Made by a program: the position numbers and the translations under genes. 64,000 nucleotides of DNA from an uncultured Gemmatimonadales bacterium (GTDB lineage Bacteria; Gemmatimonadota; Gemmatimonadetes; Gemmatimonadales; GWC2-71-9). The stretch spans positions 133,263 to 197,262 of the forward strand of contig CAVRTU010000004.1 of NCBI GenBank assembly GCA_963724265.1. Direction: 5' to 3'. Within the stretch, counting starts at the first letter, position 1. Each line of letters starts with the position of its first letter. Under the pieces are notes generated by a model. It was not told the origin of the DNA. It saw nothing but the letters and a program-made list of their open reading frames with translations, and did no database searches. Positions 10,551 to 19,100 of the stretch are shown here, piece after piece.

Positions 10551-10922
10551 ATGCCGAGCACCTTTGCAACCGCCAAGAGCGTGGCGCTGGAGTTTCCGGG
10601 AGTCGAGGAGGGGCTCAGTTACGGCACCGCCGCTCTCAAGGTCCGAGGCAAGCTCATGGCCCGCCTCAGGGAGGACGGGGAGACGCTCGTCGTCAGGGTG
10701 ACGCCTACCGATCGCGACCTGCTCCTGCAGTTCGAACCGGCGATCTTCTTCATCACCGACCACTATCGCAACTACCCCTGGGTCCTGGTACGGCTGCCTC
10801 GCATCGGTCGGCGTCGCCTGGCGGAGGTACTGGAAGAAGCCTGGCGCCTGGTGGCATCGAAGCGGCTGCAAGCCGAGTACGACGGCGAACGTCGACCGCG
10901 GACGCGGCCGCACACGGGCTGA
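10551..10922 (+). CDS. MmcQ/YjbR-family protein
   Basis: 123-aa ORF whose layout matches the family: ...EFPGVEEGLSYGTAALKVRGKLMARL...DHYRNYPWVLVRL... Confidence 0.7.
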   Translation: MPSTFATAKSVALEFPGVEEGLSYGTAALKVRGKLMARLREDGETLVVRVTPTDRDLLLQFEPAIFFITDHYRNYPWVLVRLPRIGRRRLAEVLEEAWRLVASKRLQAEYDGERRPRTRPHTG

Positions 10923-10939
10923 AATAAGGGAGCTCCCAG

Positions 10940-11386
10940 TTGCGCAGCCTGCTCATCGCCGATCACCGCCAGGCACTGCTGGTCCGCTTTCGCCAGCTGA
11001 GGCCGGAGGCGCCGGCTCGCTGGGGCCGGATGAATGCGCCCCGGATGCTCGCCCATCTTACGGATCAGATGCGTCACACGCTGGGCGACGCCACGGCGGC
11101 TCCAGTCGCGGGACCGCTTCGATGGCCGATCATCAAACACGCGGCGCTCTACTGGCTGCCCTGGCCCAGGGGCCGGGTACAGGGCCCGCCCGAGGCGTTC
11201 CTCAGCGCGCCGACGAGCTGGGCCGCCGACCTGGCCACGTTCGAATTCCTGGTCGAGAGATTCGTGGCAGACGAGGACCGCACCGACTGGCCGGAGCACG
11301 CCTTCTTCGGCCCGATGACGCGCCGCAGCTGGGGACACTTCTGCCACCGGCACTTCGACCACCACCTGCGGCAATTCGGAGGCTGA
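10940..11386 (+). CDS. DinB-superfamily protein (DUF1569-like)
   Basis: 148-aa ORF with TTG start. His-rich C-terminus WGHFCHRHFDHHLRQFGG and MLAHLTDQMRH are typical of DinB-like four-helix bundles. Confidence 0.65.
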   Translation: MRSLLIADHRQALLVRFRQLRPEAPARWGRMNAPRMLAHLTDQMRHTLGDATAAPVAGPLRWPIIKHAALYWLPWPRGRVQGPPEAFLSAPTSWAADLATFEFLVERFVADEDRTDWPEHAFFGPMTRRSWGHFCHRHFDHHLRQFGG

Positions 11387-11508
11387 GGAATCACCGCCGC
11401 CCGCATGCCCGATGCGAAGGGCGACGGTGTATCTTGCGCACGATCTCGAGTACGTCAGCGTCGCGGCGCTCGCGGAAACTCTTCTACATCACAGCGGGAG
11501 ACTCCCTG

Positions 11509-12381
11509 ATGACAGCGCCCGTGCAGGGAGCCGACGGCCGGGCCTCGGGCAAATCAGCGGCCGTGACCCCTCCCGCGACGCCCTTCGCGGAGGACGACTC
11601 CCAGAACCCCCCGCCGAGCGGGCGGCTGGACCGGCTTACCCGCCGCTACTCGCGCACCGCCTATGTCGTGGTGGTGCTCGTCGTCTACCTCGTGCTGGCG
11701 ACGGCGCTGGCCCTGGCGCTGGCCCCCGCGATCTGGTGGTGGCATTGGGTGGCCGCCTGGAGCGCATCCTGGAGCTTCCCGGCGCGGGGTGTGGCGCTGG
11801 GCCTCGGCGCCGCGGTGGGCTTCTTCCTGTTCGGGTTCGGGCTCCTGGTGGTGATCCCGGTCTACAACTTCGCGCTCCCAACCCGGGTCCGCCCCTTCAG
11901 GGGCGGCTACTACACCCTCCGGGCCGCCCCCTGGCTGCTGCACAACGCGCTCTTCTACCTGGTGCGATACACCTTCCTGCCCTTTGTGACGCTCACCCCG
12001 TTCGGCATCTGGTTCCTGAAGGCGATGCGAATGAAGATCGGCCGGCACGCCTTCATCAACACCGAGTACATCTCGGACCCCCAGCTCATCCGGATCGGGG
12101 CCGACGCGGCGCTCGGTGGCAGCGTCCACATTTTTGCCCATTACGGGGGCGGCGGGCATCTCGTGGTCGCACCGGTGGAGATCGGCGATCGCGCCACCAT
12201 CGGCCTGGCCGCCACGGTGATGGGAGACGTCCACGTCGGGCCGGACGCCGTGGTGCTGCCGCACTCGGTGCTGCTGCCCGGCTCCAGGGTGGGCGCAGGG
12301 GAGACCTGGGGCGGCGTGCCGGCCCGCCTGATCTCCCGCGAAGAGATGGACGCCTTCAAGGAGGGGATCAGGGGCCTTTAA
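11509..12381 (+). CDS. Membrane protein with C-terminal left-handed beta-helix (hexapeptide-repeat) domain
   Basis: ATG 11509 inside ORF 11122..12381. Several hydrophobic helices (YVVVVLVVYLVLATALALALAP, GLGAAVGFFLFGFGLLVVIPV), then IGADAALGGSVHIFAHYGGGGHLVVAPVEIGDRATIGLAATVMGDVHVGPDAVVLPHSVLLPGSRVG. Confidence 0.6.
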   Translation: MTAPVQGADGRASGKSAAVTPPATPFAEDDSQNPPPSGRLDRLTRRYSRTAYVVVVLVVYLVLATALALALAPAIWWWHWVAAWSASWSFPARGVALGLGAAVGFFLFGFGLLVVIPVYNFALPTRVRPFRGGYYTLRAAPWLLHNALFYLVRYTFLPFVTLTPFGIWFLKAMRMKIGRHAFINTEYISDPQLIRIGADAALGGSVHIFAHYGGGGHLVVAPVEIGDRATIGLAATVMGDVHVGPDAVVLPHSVLLPGSRVGAGETWGGVPARLISREEMDAFKEGIRGL

Positions 12382-12476
12382 TCCGCTCCTAAGCCTCCCT
12401 TCACTCCGGCCTTGCCATATTGAAGCGGTATCCGGCATGGTGCCCGGTGCCTGAGTTCGTCATGCGGGGGGAATCA

Positions 12477-12716
12477 ATGACCAAACTGACCGGACGGCTG
12501 ATCAAGCGGGCGAAGGACGCCGCACGAAGCGCCTATGAGAAGGTGGAGACCCGGGTGCTGGTTGCGGAGGGACGGAAGGCGGTTCAGCGCAAGGCGAACA
12601 CCGTGGGCAGGGTGAGCCGCAAGGCCGCCAAGACGGGAGCAGTGGCTGGAGCGCTCGCGGCGGCGGGCGTCGTGGTGCACGAGATACGCAAGCGGCGGAA
12701 GCTCGACCGCGGCTGA
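12477..12716 (+). CDS. Small basic hypothetical protein with C-terminal hydrophobic segment
   Basis: ATG 12477 preceded by GGGGGGAA. MTKLTGRLIKRAKDAARSAYEKVE...GAVAGALAAAGVVVHEIRKRRKL. Confidence 0.35.
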   Translation: MTKLTGRLIKRAKDAARSAYEKVETRVLVAEGRKAVQRKANTVGRVSRKAAKTGAVAGALAAAGVVVHEIRKRRKLDRG

Positions 12717-12779
12717 TTGGCCCTCCCATATCCGTAGCAGCCAGTCCGCTGCTTTGCACGGACTCTTCGTCCACGTGGC

Positions 12780-12800
12780 CACGCGCGGATTCCGCGCGTG
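12780..12800. terminator. 9-bp GC hairpin between convergent genes (no U-tract)
   Basis: CACGCGCGG-ATT-CCGCGCGTG read directly from the sequence. Confidence 0.3.
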
Positions 12801-12880
12801 ATGCTTGTGGCAACGCCGTCGCGCCGACCCCTCGGCTGAGTACCGGCGCTCGGCTCCTCCCCCCCCGGCGATGGCCCCCC

Positions 12881-13786
12881 TCAGTCCGCCTCCCCCGACG
12901 ATGCCCTGCCGCCCAGGTATGACCCCCGCTCCAGGTCCTCGATAATCCCGAGCCGGTGGGGCTTCCAGCCCAACAGGTCCCTGGCCCTCTTGCCCGATGC
13001 CTGCTGATCGAGCACCAGGGCGTCTGCATAAGGCCCAAGGGTCTTCCGGGCCTCCTCGAGGGGCCAGGGCTCCGTCTTGCCCCCGGCGCCGGCACCACGG
13101 CTGGCCGCCTCGGCCACCTGGGCGACCCTGTGGGACCTGCCGGTGACCGCCAGCAGCAGGGTGCCGGGAGGAGCCTTCTCAAGCGCGAGGAGGTAGAGAT
13201 CGGCAAGGTCATCCACGTGGACGAAGGGCCAGCGATTCCCGCCCATGCCGACATACTGGGCGGCGCCCTTCTCCTGTGCCGACTGGACGAAGCCGGCCAG
13301 GATCCCGGCCCCACGGCCGTACACGATGGCCGGCCGGATCACAATCGCGCGGACACCTCGCTTCGCTGCCGCCAGTACCCGATCCTCCACGGCCACACGC
13401 CACCGCACCAGCTCCACCGGATCAGGAGGAGAGGTCTCATCCACCACCGTGTCGCCGGTGTTGCCATGAGACCAGATCCCACTGGTATAAATGAAAGGTT
13501 TGTTGCTCCCGGCGAGCGCCTCGAGGATGGCATCGATGGCGGGGCCATCGATGGCAGGGTCGTAGGTGGTGGCCAGGTTGATGACGCCATCGGCGGCCCG
13601 GGCGGCTGCGCCGACGCCGGCGGGGTTCGAAAGGTCGCCGGGGACCGATGTGATGCCGGCCGCGGTCGCCTTGGCAGCCGAGGCGTCGCTCCTGACCAGG
13701 CCACTGAGCGAGTGGCCCGCGGCCCGCAGCCGCTCGGCAACCACGGAGCCGATGTAGCCCGTAGCGCCGGTGATGAAAACGTGCAT
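12881..13786 (-). CDS. NAD(P)-binding SDR/NmrA-like epimerase-dehydratase family protein
   Basis: MHVFITGATGYIGSVVAERL (Rossmann GxxGxxG) at ATG 13786. The upstream part of ORF 12881..14044 is repeat or intergenic sequence. Confidence 0.82.
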   Translation of the reverse strand: MHVFITGATGYIGSVVAERLRAAGHSLSGLVRSDASAAKATAAGITSVPGDLSNPAGVGAAARAADGVINLATTYDPAIDGPAIDAILEALAGSNKPFIYTSGIWSHGNTGDTVVDETSPPDPVELVRWRVAVEDRVLAAAKRGVRAIVIRPAIVYGRGAGILAGFVQSAQEKGAAQYVGMGGNRWPFVHVDDLADLYLLALEKAPPGTLLLAVTGRSHRVAQVAEAASRGAGAGGKTEPWPLEEARKTLGPYADALVLDQQASGKRARDLLGWKPHRLGIIEDLERGSYLGGRASSGEAD

Positions 13787-13822
13787 GGGAGAGGCTCCGG
13801 GTGATGGGGAGGGCAATCTAAT

Positions 13823-13885
13823 GGAGGGCCAGAGGGGCAGACCCCAAAGGGCTTCCTCGCGCCTTTGGCGCTCGGTCGGGGGCAG
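13823..13885 (+). repeat. Intergenic repeat family 1, copy C
   Basis: GGAGGGCCAGAGGGGCAGACCCCAAAGGGCTTCCTCGCGCCTTTGGCGCTCGGTCGGGGGCAG. Confidence 0.8.
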
Positions 13886-13895
13886 TCTTGCACGC

Positions 13896-14648
13896 ATGGA
13901 CATCGAGCGGCAGCTTAGTCCGGTGAAGCACACTCCCCTGGATCGCCTTGCCTGGCTGGCAGTGATGTGGCCCCTGACGCTCCGGAGCCAGGCAGCGCCG
14001 GTCCACCCGCCCGACGGGCGTCTCCTTCCCCTCCAGAGCGACACGTTTGCGATCTACTACGTCTGGGACGCCGACACCGTCCGGACAGGCACCGTAGTCG
14101 ATGTTCTCCGCTCCGAAGGCGACCGCCTGATCCGGGTCTTCGACCAGGCCGACCATGCGCTGGGGCCCGAGTTCGATTCGGTGATCTCCCGGGTGGAAGA
14201 CCTCGCGCCCGTCGCCTACCACGGGGCCTCGGACGCCCGGACCGCCCATCTCCAGTTCGGCGCGTCGAGCATCACCGGCTGGCTGCGTAGGGAAAATGGG
14301 GACTCGGTGTCCCTCGACCTCACCCGCCCCGTGGTCGTCTACGATGGATTCAGTTACGACCTTGTCGTGCGGGCCAGCGCGCTCAAGGACGGGTACCGAT
14401 TGACGGTTCCTGTATTCGTGCTCGGGCCCAACAGCATCGTCCCCGTCACCGGCGAAGTCACCGGCAGCGAACTGGTGAACGGCCACGACTGCTGGGTCTT
14501 CGCCGCCGACTTCGCCGGCATGCCGGTGACCTTCTGGATCGACAAGAAGACCCGAGCCTTGCGGCGGCAGTTCCTGCGGCTTCGCAAGAATGGCGGCGCC
14601 CTGTTCGTCACCCCAGCCGAACCCCGCGAGGTCGGACATCCCGCCTGA
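13896..14648 (+). CDS. Hypothetical exported protein
   Basis: ATG 13896 within ORF 13770..14648. The composition is protein-like, and I recognise no motif. Confidence 0.5.
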   Translation: MDIERQLSPVKHTPLDRLAWLAVMWPLTLRSQAAPVHPPDGRLLPLQSDTFAIYYVWDADTVRTGTVVDVLRSEGDRLIRVFDQADHALGPEFDSVISRVEDLAPVAYHGASDARTAHLQFGASSITGWLRRENGDSVSLDLTRPVVVYDGFSYDLVVRASALKDGYRLTVPVFVLGPNSIVPVTGEVTGSELVNGHDCWVFAADFAGMPVTFWIDKKTRALRRQFLRLRKNGGALFVTPAEPREVGHPA

Positions 14649-14734
14649 GGGCATCGATGAATATTGATCATTCGGGGCCCCTCCCTGCGCATGAGAGAAG
14701 AGTAAAGGAAGAGTGAAGGCGACTTCAGGACATT

Positions 14735-14774
14735 ATTGCGCAATCTTCTTACATTCGTACGTAATCTTACGTAC
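14735..14774 (+). promoter_or_regulatory. Two palindromes in the AT-rich region upstream of the multihaem cytochrome gene (candidate operators)
   Basis: ATTGCGCAAT at 14735-14744 and GTACGTAA-TC-TTACGTAC at 14757-14774, 29-68 nt upstream of ATG 14803. This is the most AT-rich stretch I noticed in the window. Confidence 0.4.
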
Positions 14775-14802
14775 CCTAAATCCCTCAACAGGTGGGTTAC
14801 AT

Positions 14803-16485
14803 ATGGTTGCCAATTGGGTTCGGCGTCACTCCGGATTCCTGGCCTTGGCCTTGGCCTTGGGCTTCGGACTCGGCGCGTGTACCACCACCGACACCGTGTA
14901 TGTCGACAAGCCCACCTACAACCCGCCACCGGACTCATTGGGCGGCTTCCTCGGCTACTACACGGCGAGCGAGAAGCTGACGACCTGCGGAAACTGCCAT
15001 GTGGGCCAGCAGCTGGACTGGGTCCAGACCCTCCATGCCAGCGCCTGGGACACGCTCGTGGCCAACCCCGGGCACCAGCCGTTCTGCGAAACCTGCCACA
15101 GCGTCGACTCGCGGGGCAACCAGGCTTTTGCCAATGTGGGCTACGACTCGGTCAAGAGCGAGGCCTATCACGATGTGCAGTGCGAAAGCTGCCATGGCCC
15201 GGGCCTCAACCACGTAAAGAACCCCTCGGTGTCCGCCAACCGGCCGATCCCGAGCGCGCTGACCTATCCGAATGTGACCACCGACGCAACCGTTTTGACC
15301 GCGGCTGATACCGCCGCGGTGGTCAACTCGAGTTGCGGGGGCTGCCACCAGGGCGCCGGCCCGTCGCAGAACCACAATTACCTGAAGGAGTGGCTCTCGT
15401 CCCGGCATGGCCAGCTGCGGGCCTCCCAGGCCGCCAACGCCAGCTGCCAGCCCTGCCACGAGGGAAAGGGAGCCCTGGCCGCCTGGGGCGTGAATACACT
15501 CTACAAGGAGCTCGGTACCTCTACCCTGCTGCCCCAGAACTGCGTGGTCTGCCACGACCCGCACGGCAGCGCCAAGGACGCCAACGGGCAGCCGCTCGAG
15601 GGCCAGCTCCGGTTCCCGATTGATGCGCCGACCCCGGAAGTGAACCTCTGCACTCATTGCCACAACCGGCGCTCCGAGGCCACGACCACCGGGAGCTCCC
15701 CGCACGGCGCTCAGGGCGGCGTGCTGTTCGGCACCGCGGGCTATTTCCCGCCGGGGACCGTTTATGACACGACCGCCATTCTCTCGACCCACGGCTCGAG
15801 CGCCAATCCGCGGCTCTGCGCCGGCTGCCACGTGAATTCGCAGACCGGGGTGGACGCCTTCGGCAATTCGATCTCATTCACCGGCCACACCTTCCACCCG
15901 ATCCCCTGCGTGACGCAGAAGAACCCAACGCTGGTGGATACGACCTACACCAATGCGTGCGCCTACGACGAGCCCAGCCGGTCCTGGGCCGCCTGCACGG
16001 CTTCGGGCTGTCACGGGACGGAGGCGGTGGCCGCATCTCGGCTGAATCTGATCCGGGACGAGGTCAGGAACTACGTCCGGGTCCTCTGGATCGACGCCAA
16101 TGGCAACAAGGCGGTGGATGCCTTCCCCACCGACTCGGGCTACCTGGCCAAGGTCCAGCTGAACGCCCCAACCGAGCTGCTCAACTCTACCAATATCCTC
16201 ACCTCCGCCAAGGGCGCCCGGTTCAACGCCCAGCTGACGGCCGACAGCCTGGCCGATCACCCGGACGGCTCGCACGGGGTGCACAACCCATTCCTGTACC
16301 GGACTCTGCTGCAGTCGTCGATCGCGGACATGCTGGCGACCTACCCGACCTTCCTTCCGGCTCCGCCCGCGCCGGTGCTGTCGCAGATCCAGGCCGCGAT
16401 CCGGAGCGGCCAGCTGAAGGTGGCGCCACGGACCGAGCGCGCGGTGATGGCGCCGCTCTCGTTGCAGGTTGCCGGAACGCGGTAG
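14803..16485 (+). CDS. Multihaem cytochrome c lipoprotein (8 CxxCH plus one CxxxxCH)
   Basis: Lipobox LGFGLGAC. Haem motifs CGNCH, CETCH, CESCH, CGGCH, CQPCH, CVVCH, CTHCH, CAGCH and CTASGCH. Confidence 0.9.
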   Translation: MVANWVRRHSGFLALALALGFGLGACTTTDTVYVDKPTYNPPPDSLGGFLGYYTASEKLTTCGNCHVGQQLDWVQTLHASAWDTLVANPGHQPFCETCHSVDSRGNQAFANVGYDSVKSEAYHDVQCESCHGPGLNHVKNPSVSANRPIPSALTYPNVTTDATVLTAADTAAVVNSSCGGCHQGAGPSQNHNYLKEWLSSRHGQLRASQAANASCQPCHEGKGALAAWGVNTLYKELGTSTLLPQNCVVCHDPHGSAKDANGQPLEGQLRFPIDAPTPEVNLCTHCHNRRSEATTTGSSPHGAQGGVLFGTAGYFPPGTVYDTTAILSTHGSSANPRLCAGCHVNSQTGVDAFGNSISFTGHTFHPIPCVTQKNPTLVDTTYTNACAYDEPSRSWAACTASGCHGTEAVAASRLNLIRDEVRNYVRVLWIDANGNKAVDAFPTDSGYLAKVQLNAPTELLNSTNILTSAKGARFNAQLTADSLADHPDGSHGVHNPFLYRTLLQSSIADMLATYPTFLPAPPAPVLSQIQAAIRSGQLKVAPRTERAVMAPLSLQVAGTR

Positions 16486-16512
16486 CGGAAGTCAGTCAAC
16501 ACAGATCAAGGC

Positions 16513-16553
16513 CGCCGGCCTCGGAGATACTCGCCGAGGCCGGCGTTCTTTTG
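16513..16553 (+). terminator. Rho-independent terminator after the cytochrome gene
   Basis: 12-bp stem CGCCGGCCTCGG / CCGAGGCCGGCG with a 9-nt loop, followed by TTCTTTTG. Confidence 0.7.
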
Positions 16554-16835
16554 CCCTCCAGCCGGACATTTTCCCCAGGCCCGGACTGCTCACTGACCGC
16601 AAGCTCGCAAGGTCAGATCGGGACCCGGCCCCGCTCTGGACCCGGCGTGGGGCTGGCCCACCATGGCCTTCACTGTGCCTGGCTGGCGGAGCGGCGGTGG
16701 GTGGCCTGGGGACCAGAGAAGCCCAGACGGCCGGGGACATGGTGTCCACGGCCGTCAGGAATTCCGTGAGCGCTGTGGCCCCGCCCCGGGGGTCCGGTCG
16801 ACGCCTCCACGGCGCCGGCCGGGCAGTGGAAGCTG

Positions 16836-17765
16836 CTACGCCGGCCCGATCCTGGGGATCGCCGGCGCTTCGCCGCCACCCTCGCGCGGCACCAGCCCAC
16901 CTCCCCCCGTCATCCCCAGCAGGGAGGGGACGTTGAGCGAGTCGGCCAGGCCCGAGGGCACCACCATGAGCGAGCCCCGCTTGACGATGCTCTCGTACAG
17001 CATGTTCATCGCCCGCAGATTCATGGCCGCCGGGTGGTTGCGGTAGGCGTCCGCCGCCTCCACGAACTTGTGGGCGATCTCGGTCTCCGCCGTGCCCAGG
17101 ATGATGCGCGCCTGCCGCTCCCGCTCGGCCTGGGCCTGGCGGGACATGGCATCCTCCAGCGCGGCCGGAATGATCACGTCGCGAATCTCCACCGACTGCA
17201 CGTGGATCCCCCAGTTCGCCATCTTCCGCTCCAGCGCATCCTTGAGCCCCTGGCCCAGCTCCACCCGCGACTGGATCAGCTCCGCCAGATCGTGCTTGCC
17301 GATGGCGTCCCGCAGCGCGGTCTGGGCCGACAGGATCACCGCCTCGTCGTAGTCCTGCACCTCCAGCGCCGCCCGCTCGGCGTCGCGCACCACCCAGAAC
17401 GCGATGGCGTCGACGTTGACCGGCACCGTGTCGCGGGTCAGGCACGATTCGGCCCCGAACGCCGCGGTCCGGATCCGCTGATCGATGGTGTAGGCCACCC
17501 GGTCGAAGATCGGCAGGATGGCGAAGTACCCCGGGCCCCGCAGGCCCCGGTAGCGGCCCAGCCGCAGTACCACCGCCTTCTCCCACTGGTCGGTGAACTT
17601 GATCGAGGCGGCGAGCAGCACGCCCAGCGCCAGCCCCGCCACGCCGGCCAGCGGCGGGGCGATGCCCGCGAGGAACAGTCCGCCGGCCAGCCCGGCCGCG
17701 CCGAGCAGGCCCGCGGCGAGGGCGGCGAACGAATACCGGGTGTCGTTTGGCCTATTCGTGGTCAT
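16836..17765 (-). CDS. SPFH/Band-7 (stomatin-like) membrane protein, copy 1
   Basis: 309-aa ORF with N-terminal hydrophobic hairpin, then WEKAVVLRLGRYRGLRGPGYFAILPIFDRV...RDTVPVNVDAIAFWVV...QAQAERERQARIILG. Confidence 0.9.
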   Translation of the reverse strand: MTTNRPNDTRYSFAALAAGLLGAAGLAGGLFLAGIAPPLAGVAGLALGVLLAASIKFTDQWEKAVVLRLGRYRGLRGPGYFAILPIFDRVAYTIDQRIRTAAFGAESCLTRDTVPVNVDAIAFWVVRDAERAALEVQDYDEAVILSAQTALRDAIGKHDLAELIQSRVELGQGLKDALERKMANWGIHVQSVEIRDVIIPAALEDAMSRQAQAERERQARIILGTAETEIAHKFVEAADAYRNHPAAMNLRAMNMLYESIVKRGSLMVVPSGLADSLNVPSLLGMTGGGGLVPREGGGEAPAIPRIGPA

Positions 17766-17800
17766 GGCAATAACCTCGTGAAAGAAGAGTCAGCCGGCGT
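16915..17800 (-). repeat. Near-identical ~0.89-kb duplicate, copy A (SPFH gene body plus upstream spacer)
   Basis: Base-by-base comparison with 20218..21103 shows long identical runs and only scattered, mostly silent differences. Confidence 0.9.
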
Positions 17801-17815
17801 CAACCGGCGGTCGCT

Positions 17816-19093
17816 TCACCGTTTCCGGACGGGCCGCAGCTCCTGGTAGCGCGGCCGCACGGCCCGCGCCGGGGGCGGCGGGGCCAGGTAGGGACTCCGC
17901 ACATGCCCCAGCTCGATCGGCAGCGCCACCCGCACCAGGACCGTCAGCACGAACAGTCCCAGCGCCCAGATCCCCGCCATCAGGCAGAGCTCGACCCAGG
18001 TCGGGGTGTACTCGACGATCTCGCCCAGGGGCGAGGGAATGAAGCCTGGAATCACCAGCCCGATCCCCTTCTCGACCCAGATGGCGACGAAGAGCGTGGC
18101 GCAGGCCGGCATCAGGAAGCGCGGATTGTGGCGCACCGGGTGGATCATGAGTGAAAGCGTGGCCACGATGTTGAGGGCGACCGCGGTCCTGATCCAGGGG
18201 ACCAGGGCGTGATACTCGCCGAGGCCGAAGAAGAGGTACTTCGCGCTGGTGCTGTGATGCGTGGGGAAGTAGAACTCGAAGACCAGGTCGGAAAACAGCA
18301 TGACCAGGTTGACCTGCGCCGCCACCGTGGTGGCGGTGGCCAGCTTCGACATGGCCACATCCGAGATGGGGTACTTGCTGGTCGACCGGATGAACCCGAG
18401 CAACAGGATCATGAACGCCGGCCCGGCCGTGAAGGCCGAGGCCAGGAACCGGGGCCCGAGGAGCGGTGAGTTCCACAGGGGTCGGGAGGGCGGGGCCGCG
18501 AAGAGAAACGCGGTGATCAGGTGAATGCTGACCGCCCAGATGACCGAGAGATAGATGAACGGGACGTATTTCTTCTTCTCGGGCTCACGCCCGGTATAGT
18601 GGCTGTAAAGAATGTAGAACGGGATGGCCAGATTCAGCACCAGGTAGCCGTTCAGCGCGATCACGTCCCACGCCAGCATCGAGCTGGGCCAGTTGAGCAG
18701 TCCGATCACCGGCGTGAGGCGCCACCACTTCCAGGGATATCCCGGGCTGTTGGCCATCACGAACCCGAGACACATGACCAGGGCGGACACCGCCACCCCT
18801 TCGGCGATGAGGACGGCCCGGCTGAAGTCCACGTCATGCAGGACATAGGCCGGCATCACCAGGATCACCGCAGCGGCCGCCACGCCCACCAGGAAGGCCA
18901 TGTTGGAGATGTACAGCCCCCAGCTCACGTGATCGTTCATCCCCGTGACGACGAGTCCGTGATTGGCCTGGTAGATGTACGCATAGCCCCCGACCAGCAT
19001 GATCACCGACAGGCTTCCCATCCAGAGATGGTACCGCCGGTCGCCGGAGGTCGCCGCGCGCAGCGCGGTTGCAAAGAAGGCCCGGAGATGCAT
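17816..19093 (-). CDS. NrfD/PsrC-family polytopic quinone-interacting membrane subunit, copy 1
   Basis: ORF 17816..19108. The start is set to ATG 19093 (MHLRAFF), 7 nt after the upstream stop, as in the paralog (MHLKPFL). The protein is hydrophobic and multi-pass throughout. Confidence 0.85.
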   Translation of the reverse strand: MHLRAFFATALRAATSGDRRYHLWMGSLSVIMLVGGYAYIYQANHGLVVTGMNDHVSWGLYISNMAFLVGVAAAAVILVMPAYVLHDVDFSRAVLIAEGVAVSALVMCLGFVMANSPGYPWKWWRLTPVIGLLNWPSSMLAWDVIALNGYLVLNLAIPFYILYSHYTGREPEKKKYVPFIYLSVIWAVSIHLITAFLFAAPPSRPLWNSPLLGPRFLASAFTAGPAFMILLLGFIRSTSKYPISDVAMSKLATATTVAAQVNLVMLFSDLVFEFYFPTHHSTSAKYLFFGLGEYHALVPWIRTAVALNIVATLSLMIHPVRHNPRFLMPACATLFVAIWVEKGIGLVIPGFIPSPLGEIVEYTPTWVELCLMAGIWALGLFVLTVLVRVALPIELGHVRSPYLAPPPPARAVRPRYQELRPVRKR

Positions 19094-19100
19094 GATCGCC

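Noticed and set aside
16560-16835. Possible small gene or ncRNA in the 350-nt spacer between the convergent cytochrome and SPFH genes. It includes the near-palindrome GACGGCCGGGGACATGGTGTCCACGGCCGTC at 16726-16756.
   Set aside because: There is no ORF with a protein-like composition. The palindrome is most simply a terminator-type hairpin for the minus-strand operon. I cannot support more than that from sequence alone.
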